IMG/VR virus record: IMGVR_UViG_3300049016_000016
Coordinates: 1 to 40,608 of that record
Strand: one strand, 5' to 3'
Length of the DNA stretch: 40,608 bases
Source of the DNA: a virus
Lineage: Duplodnaviria > Caudoviricetes
The stretch's first letter is position 1. Each line of letters starts with the position of its first letter. Shown one piece after another: positions 36,872-40,608 of this stretch. The translations under genes and the position numbers were made by a program. The notes beneath the pieces are model-generated. The model was not told where the DNA came from, ran no database searches, and saw only the letters and a list, made by a program, of their open reading frames with translations.

Positions 36872-37912
36872 GTGAGCAGCAACCTTCAGATCATCCGAGA
36901 AGACATCTACTCGACGCGCGAGCGGTTCGACAAGATGTCAGGGGGCGCCCTGAACTTTGAGCGTGAGGCTGGGTTTGCGGTCCAGATCGTCACAGCGAAC
37001 GACTACGCAATGCGCGTGGCGATGGACAACCGCCAGTCGGTTATCAACGCCGTCACGAACGTTGCGGCCATCGGGATCAGCCTGAACCCTGCTAAGCGTC
37101 AGGCGTATCTCGTCCCGCGCGATGGGCGAATCTGCCTGGACATCAGCTACATGGGCCTACTGGATCTCGCCATCCAATCCGGCTCCATCATGTGGGGACA
37201 GTCGGAGCTGGTCTACGAGAACGACCGCTTTGAACTGCAAGGCTTCGACAAGCCGCCCCTGCACAACCGCAATCCATTCTCCAAGGATCGCGGGGCGATC
37301 GTCGGTGTTTATGTCGTGGTCAAGACCCGCGACGGCGACTATCTGACAGCCTGCATGAGCATTGACGAGGTGTACGACATCCGCAACCGCTCCAGCGCTT
37401 GGAAGGCGTGGGAAAGCAAGCAGAAAAAGTGCCCCTGGGTGACGGACGAGGGCGAGATGATCAAGAAGACGGTCATCAAGCGCGCCTACAAGCTGTGGCC
37501 CAAGACTGACCGCCTGGACAACGCGGTTCACTTCCTCAACACCGAGGGCGGCGAAGGACTGGCCGACATCGCTACCGAGCAGCCAGCCTCGTTCCGCAGC
37601 TCTGCGACCATGGGTGCGATGGCCGCACTTGACGTTGACCAACAGAACTACCTGCGGGACTTGGCGGCGGAGGTCACCGAGCTTTTCAACAGCCCAGAGG
37701 CTGGAGTCTCGCTCTCGTTCGACCGGCTGGAAAGCGAAAATCTGGACTCGGATCAGAAGGTTGGGCTGTGGTCATGCCTCGCATCAAACGTCCGCTCCGG
37801 CCTCAAGAAGGAGGGCGAAGCGAGAAGGACGAAGCCTGCGGCCAACCAGGAACTGAAGCAAGCCCATACCACTGTCACGCAGGCCGCGCAGCACCAGCAG
37901 AGGGCGGCTTGA
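36872..37912 (+). CDS. recT: RecT/Red-beta-family single-strand annealing recombinase
   Basis: GISLNPAKRQAYLVP, ISYMGL, PWVTDEGEMIKKTVIKRAYKLWP motifs. Confidence 0.9.
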   Translation: MSSNLQIIREDIYSTRERFDKMSGGALNFEREAGFAVQIVTANDYAMRVAMDNRQSVINAVTNVAAIGISLNPAKRQAYLVPRDGRICLDISYMGLLDLAIQSGSIMWGQSELVYENDRFELQGFDKPPLHNRNPFSKDRGAIVGVYVVVKTRDGDYLTACMSIDEVYDIRNRSSAWKAWESKQKKCPWVTDEGEMIKKTVIKRAYKLWPKTDRLDNAVHFLNTEGGEGLADIATEQPASFRSSATMGAMAALDVDQQNYLRDLAAEVTELFNSPEAGVSLSFDRLESENLDSDQKVGLWSCLASNVRSGLKKEGEARRTKPAANQELKQAHTTVTQAAQHQQRAA

Positions 37913-38598
37913 TGCCCGGCTACGAAATCTCTTTCTCCATCACGGCGGTCTGCCCGTGCTGCGGCAAGGACTTACCGTCCAGTTCGTACCTGACCGTGAG
38001 CAAGCCTTCCGGTTACCCCTTGGACCGCGACAACCCTTACGAGCGGAAGGACCGTCGCGTGTTCATCACGCCGTGCGCGGATTGCTTCGAGCCGAAGCGG
38101 AAGCCTGACGCCACCGCTGGCGTGGAGGGCACCCCTGCGTCTCTGAGTGACGAGCGCATCCTGCACCTGTGGGACACGCACGTCGCCTACGAGACGAACC
38201 CCAACCGGCCGAGGCAGCCGCCGCTGAGCGACAAGGACAAGCTGGCGTTCGCTCGCGCGGTGCTCTCCGCTCATGACGCGCCGGAGGCAATGGGGGCGCT
38301 GCAAGAGGCCGCGAACCTCGCCCGCGTGATCGGCGGCATGTTGGCTGAGGCAAACGTGCCCACGGACGTAAAAGGCAAGGTGCATGAGCTACGCCGCATG
38401 CTCTTTGATGCCGCCCTTGGCGTGAAAGCGTATGACGAAGCTCGGCTGGCCGAGTGGCTAAAGGCGGCGGGCTACATGCCGGAGCCGGAAGGCTTCCTGT
38501 GGGTGTTCAGCACGTCCGACTTGGTGGACATCGTCAACAACATCGCACCCGTTTCTGGCGTGAAAACACCTAATGGAGGCCAAGATGCCGAAGGTTGA
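37912..38598 (+). CDS. Modular fusion protein (three modules separated by the xGV motif)
   Basis: TGATG coupling to recT; motifs at 38117, 38417 (variant) and 38555. Confidence 0.7.
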   Translation: MPGYEISFSITAVCPCCGKDLPSSSYLTVSKPSGYPLDRDNPYERKDRRVFITPCADCFEPKRKPDATAGVEGTPASLSDERILHLWDTHVAYETNPNRPRQPPLSDKDKLAFARAVLSAHDAPEAMGALQEAANLARVIGGMLAEANVPTDVKGKVHELRRMLFDAALGVKAYDEARLAEWLKAAGYMPEPEGFLWVFSTSDLVDIVNNIAPVSGVKTPNGGQDAEG

Positions 38599-38944
38599 AA
38601 TGAAGCCGCTGACGCCGGAAGCGCAGGCGCTGGCCCTGCGCGTTCACGAACTGCTCAAGGACGCCAAGCCGGGCCAGAAGGTGGCGCTTCCGGCCGATCT
38701 GGCGCAGGCCATCAACGATTCCGTCCGCGAGGCGTCTGCGCCCGCCATCCTCGCGCGCCGCCGATTGGAATGGCTGCACAGCCGCGATGCCTATGTGGAC
38801 GGCTACGAGTGGGGAATCTTCCGCGTCAAGTGGGAGAACGGCCGAGTGGTGGAGGTATTGCAGACCAACAGCGACTTCTCCGATCTGGACGCCGCGATGG
38901 GCACCGCTGGCGTGCGAGTACCTGGGGAGGGGAAACAGAAATGA
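38585..38944 (+). CDS. Hypothetical cassette protein
   Basis: GGAGG RBS; ends TAGVRVPGEGKQK. Confidence 0.7.
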   Translation: MPKVEMKPLTPEAQALALRVHELLKDAKPGQKVALPADLAQAINDSVREASAPAILARRRLEWLHSRDAYVDGYEWGIFRVKWENGRVVEVLQTNSDFSDLDAAMGTAGVRVPGEGKQK

Positions 38945-39096
38945 GCGATCCCGAAGACCCGAACCGCTACGGCGAACCCACCAAAGCGCCGCACTGGTGC
39001 GAACTGTGCCGGGGGCACACGGGGCCGAATTCGCCCTGCCACAGTGGCGACGACTACCAAGCCGACGATGACGGCCCGACGACGGAGGTCGAATGA
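38941..39096 (+). CDS. Small Cys/His protein, 51 aa
   Basis: GGAGG RBS, ATGA overlap; HWCELC...PCH. Confidence 0.55.
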   Translation: MSDPEDPNRYGEPTKAPHWCELCRGHTGPNSPCHSGDDYQADDDGPTTEVE

Positions 39097-39272
39097 CGAA
39101 CCTTGAAAAGCTGGACGAGGTGATCCGCCTAACGGTCATGGCGGCACGCAGCGCCGAACCAACCACCATCGACTATGCCGAACTGGTCGAGCGCCGGAAC
39201 CGGCTCGTCCACGAACTGCGAGCGGCCCTTGCTGGCGTGGCACCGGCTCATGGAGGAAATGATGGACGTTGA
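39093..39272 (+). CDS. Hypothetical cassette protein, 59 aa
   Basis: Manual translation MTNLEKLDEV...LAGVAPAHGGNDGR; GGAGG RBS. Confidence 0.65.
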   Translation: MTNLEKLDEVIRLTVMAARSAEPTTIDYAELVERRNRLVHELRAALAGVAPAHGGNDGR

Positions 39273-39483
39273 ACTTTGCCCAGAATGCGGCGCGCCCGAC
39301 AACTACGTTGACCAGCTCGCCAAAGTGCGCGCTGTCGCTTCCGTGGCCCTTCAAACGCTGCGCCATCTGGAAGCTGCTCGCGGGATCTCGCCGGAGTCTC
39401 GCGAGCGCATCAGCGACACCATCGCCGCGTTGCGTGCCGAATTGCTCGGCACTGCTGGCGTGCAGGAGGATCAACGTGGCTGA
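39259..39483 (+). CDS. Hypothetical cassette protein (CPECG motif)
   Basis: GGAGG RBS; ends TAGVQEDQRG. Confidence 0.65.
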   Translation: MMDVELCPECGAPDNYVDQLAKVRAVASVALQTLRHLEAARGISPESRERISDTIAALRAELLGTAGVQEDQRG

Positions 39484-40003
39484 GTGGCAACCCATCAAAA
39501 CAGCACCGAAGGACGGCACCTGGATCGCCGCCATCGGCCACCTGAGCCACGGCACGCCCGACACGTTGAAATGGAAAGACGGTGGCTGGTGGAACGGTTA
39601 TGACAACCACGACCATGAGCCGACGCACTGGTATCCGCTGCCGGCCGCCGCTGGCGTGGAGGGGACTTTGGAGCCCGAGCCCGGCTGGTTCCTGCCTTAC
39701 GAGGCGGTCAAGCACCTTACCAGTTTGCCGAAGCTGCTGGAGCACGCAAGGCGCGCCCGATGGACCAATGCCGTGGTCAGGAAAGACGGCGTGGAAACGA
39801 CCTACGAGGCCGACTGGATCAAGCACATGCGCTGGGTTTCTGGAGGTGCGGCATACGAAGGCCGCGCATTCGTTGCCGGCGCATGGCAAGCGTGGCACCC
39901 GATCAGCGCCGAGGTTTACGAGAACCGGAAGAAGTGGCCGCGCGACGGCTATGAGGTTCGTGTCGCCGCTGGCGTGGATGTACCTGGGGAGGGGAAGCGA
40001 TGA
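39476..40003 (+). CDS. DUF551-like domain fused to further module(s)
   Basis: AGGAGG RBS, GTG start; WQPIKTAPKDG...PTHWYPLP, then an AGVEGT junction. Confidence 0.75.
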   Translation: MAEWQPIKTAPKDGTWIAAIGHLSHGTPDTLKWKDGGWWNGYDNHDHEPTHWYPLPAAAGVEGTLEPEPGWFLPYEAVKHLTSLPKLLEHARRARWTNAVVRKDGVETTYEADWIKHMRWVSGGAAYEGRAFVAGAWQAWHPISAEVYENRKKWPRDGYEVRVAAGVDVPGEGKR

Positions 40004-40608
40004 ACGAACTGACGCCCGAAGTGAACGAGGCCCTGCGACAGCTCCATGAGCACAGTAAGGCGGTGATGGAGGCGCTGGCCGACCTCGCGCGCCAGGGCTG
40101 CTACGAGTTCAAGCAACACCCCGGCGGCGAATACATCGACCGGGACGAGGCCATGCGAAACGTGATCCGGTTGCGTGACGCCCACACCCGCATGAGTCAC
40201 CACGCACGCGCGGCGCTGGTCGCGGCCGGGCGCATTGCTGGCGTGGCAGCGGTTGCGCCGTCCGACGAAGCCGAGTTCTGCATCGAGGGTGCGGGCGGGA
40301 TGTTCCTTGCGTCCTCGCAAGGTCCCCGAGCGGAAGCGTGGCGCGAGATTCAGCACTACGCCGCCCAGTACCACGACGAGGGGCCGCTGACCATCTACGA
40401 GGTCACGCGCCGCCCGGTAACCGCTGCTGGCGTGGCACCGGCTGGTGAACCTTCTTGGTGGGCTGCATCCCTCAATCGCCGAGCGACAGTGGAGCAGTGG
40501 ATGTTCGATGCGGCGCGGGGCAAGCGCCCAATGCCGACGCCGGATGAATTGCGCGCCTGGGCCATCAAGCTGGGAACCCCGGCTGATGGTGAGCCCGCCC
40601 CTGGCGTG
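40000..40608 (+). CDS. Modular fusion protein wrapping the origin (stop at 161-163)
   Basis: Manual translation is open from ATG 40000 through IAGV (40238), AAGV (40427) and APGV (40601/120) to TGA at 163. Confidence 0.7.
   Translation, partial: MNELTPEVNEALRQLHEHSKAVMEALADLARQGCYEFKQHPGGEYIDRDEAMRNVIRLRDAHTRMSHHARAALVAAGRIAGVAAVAPSDEAEFCIEGAGGMFLASSQGPRAEAWREIQHYAAQYHDEGPLTIYEVTRRPVTAAGVAPAGEPSWWAASLNRRATVEQWMFDAARGKRPMPTPDELRAWAIKLGTPADGEPAPGV

Larger units (their letters stand above)
38117..40608 (+). repeat. CTGGCGTG module-boundary motif array (38117, 38417 variant TTGGCGTG, 38555, 38907, 39232, 39455, 39651, 39969, 40238, 40427, 40601)
   Basis: Read directly; same strand, always in the x-Gly-Val frame; spacing 138-352 bp. 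Confidence 0.92.

Noticed and set aside
38242-38250. Near-match GCTGGCGTT (also TCGGCGTG near 1130 and ATGGCGTG near 35917)
   Set aside because: These are mismatched and either out of frame or internal to a conserved domain, so they were not counted.
38117-40608. CRISPR array or integron attC array
   Set aside because: The repeat is only 8-9 bp, spacers are 138-908 bp and coding, no cas genes are present, and there are no GTTRRRY/RYYYAAC palindromic attC sites.
38117-40608. Motif as a simple Chi site
   Set aside because: It resembles but does not match E. coli Chi (GCTGGTGG). Chi would not explain confinement to 4 kb, strict frame and position at module ends. A host-specific Chi-like role is not formally excluded.

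Overview
Complete circular genome of a temperate, podovirus-like dsDNA phage. Bases 1-127 are identical to 40482-40608, so the unit length is about 40,481 bp. It is GC-rich; a proteobacterial host is likely but not provable from the sequence. Modules: xis-int with a full tRNA-Val(CAC) at the presumed attP (1756-2938); a candidate structured RNA and small moron operon (3155-4160); accessory genes and lysis (4331-7675, minus); P22/LUZ24-type ejection and tail genes, N4-gp56-like capsid, portal and terminase (7859-22478, minus); a tailspike-like gene ahead of the terminase; Q-like, NinG/NinB, primase-helicase, replication initiator, Dam-like methylase, CII- and Cro-like genes (minus); an immunity region (33985-35251); and an early operon with RecT (plus). 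The most striking element is a roughly 4 kb array across the contig origin (38117-40608 plus 1-1693), between recT and xis-int. It holds 14 exact copies and 1 variant of the 8-mer CTGGCGTG, all on the same strand and all read as x-Gly-Val. They punctuate short gene modules that are either translationally coupled or fused in frame, which looks like a frame-preserving gene-cassette shuffling system. Family assignments come from motif recognition only; no searches were run.
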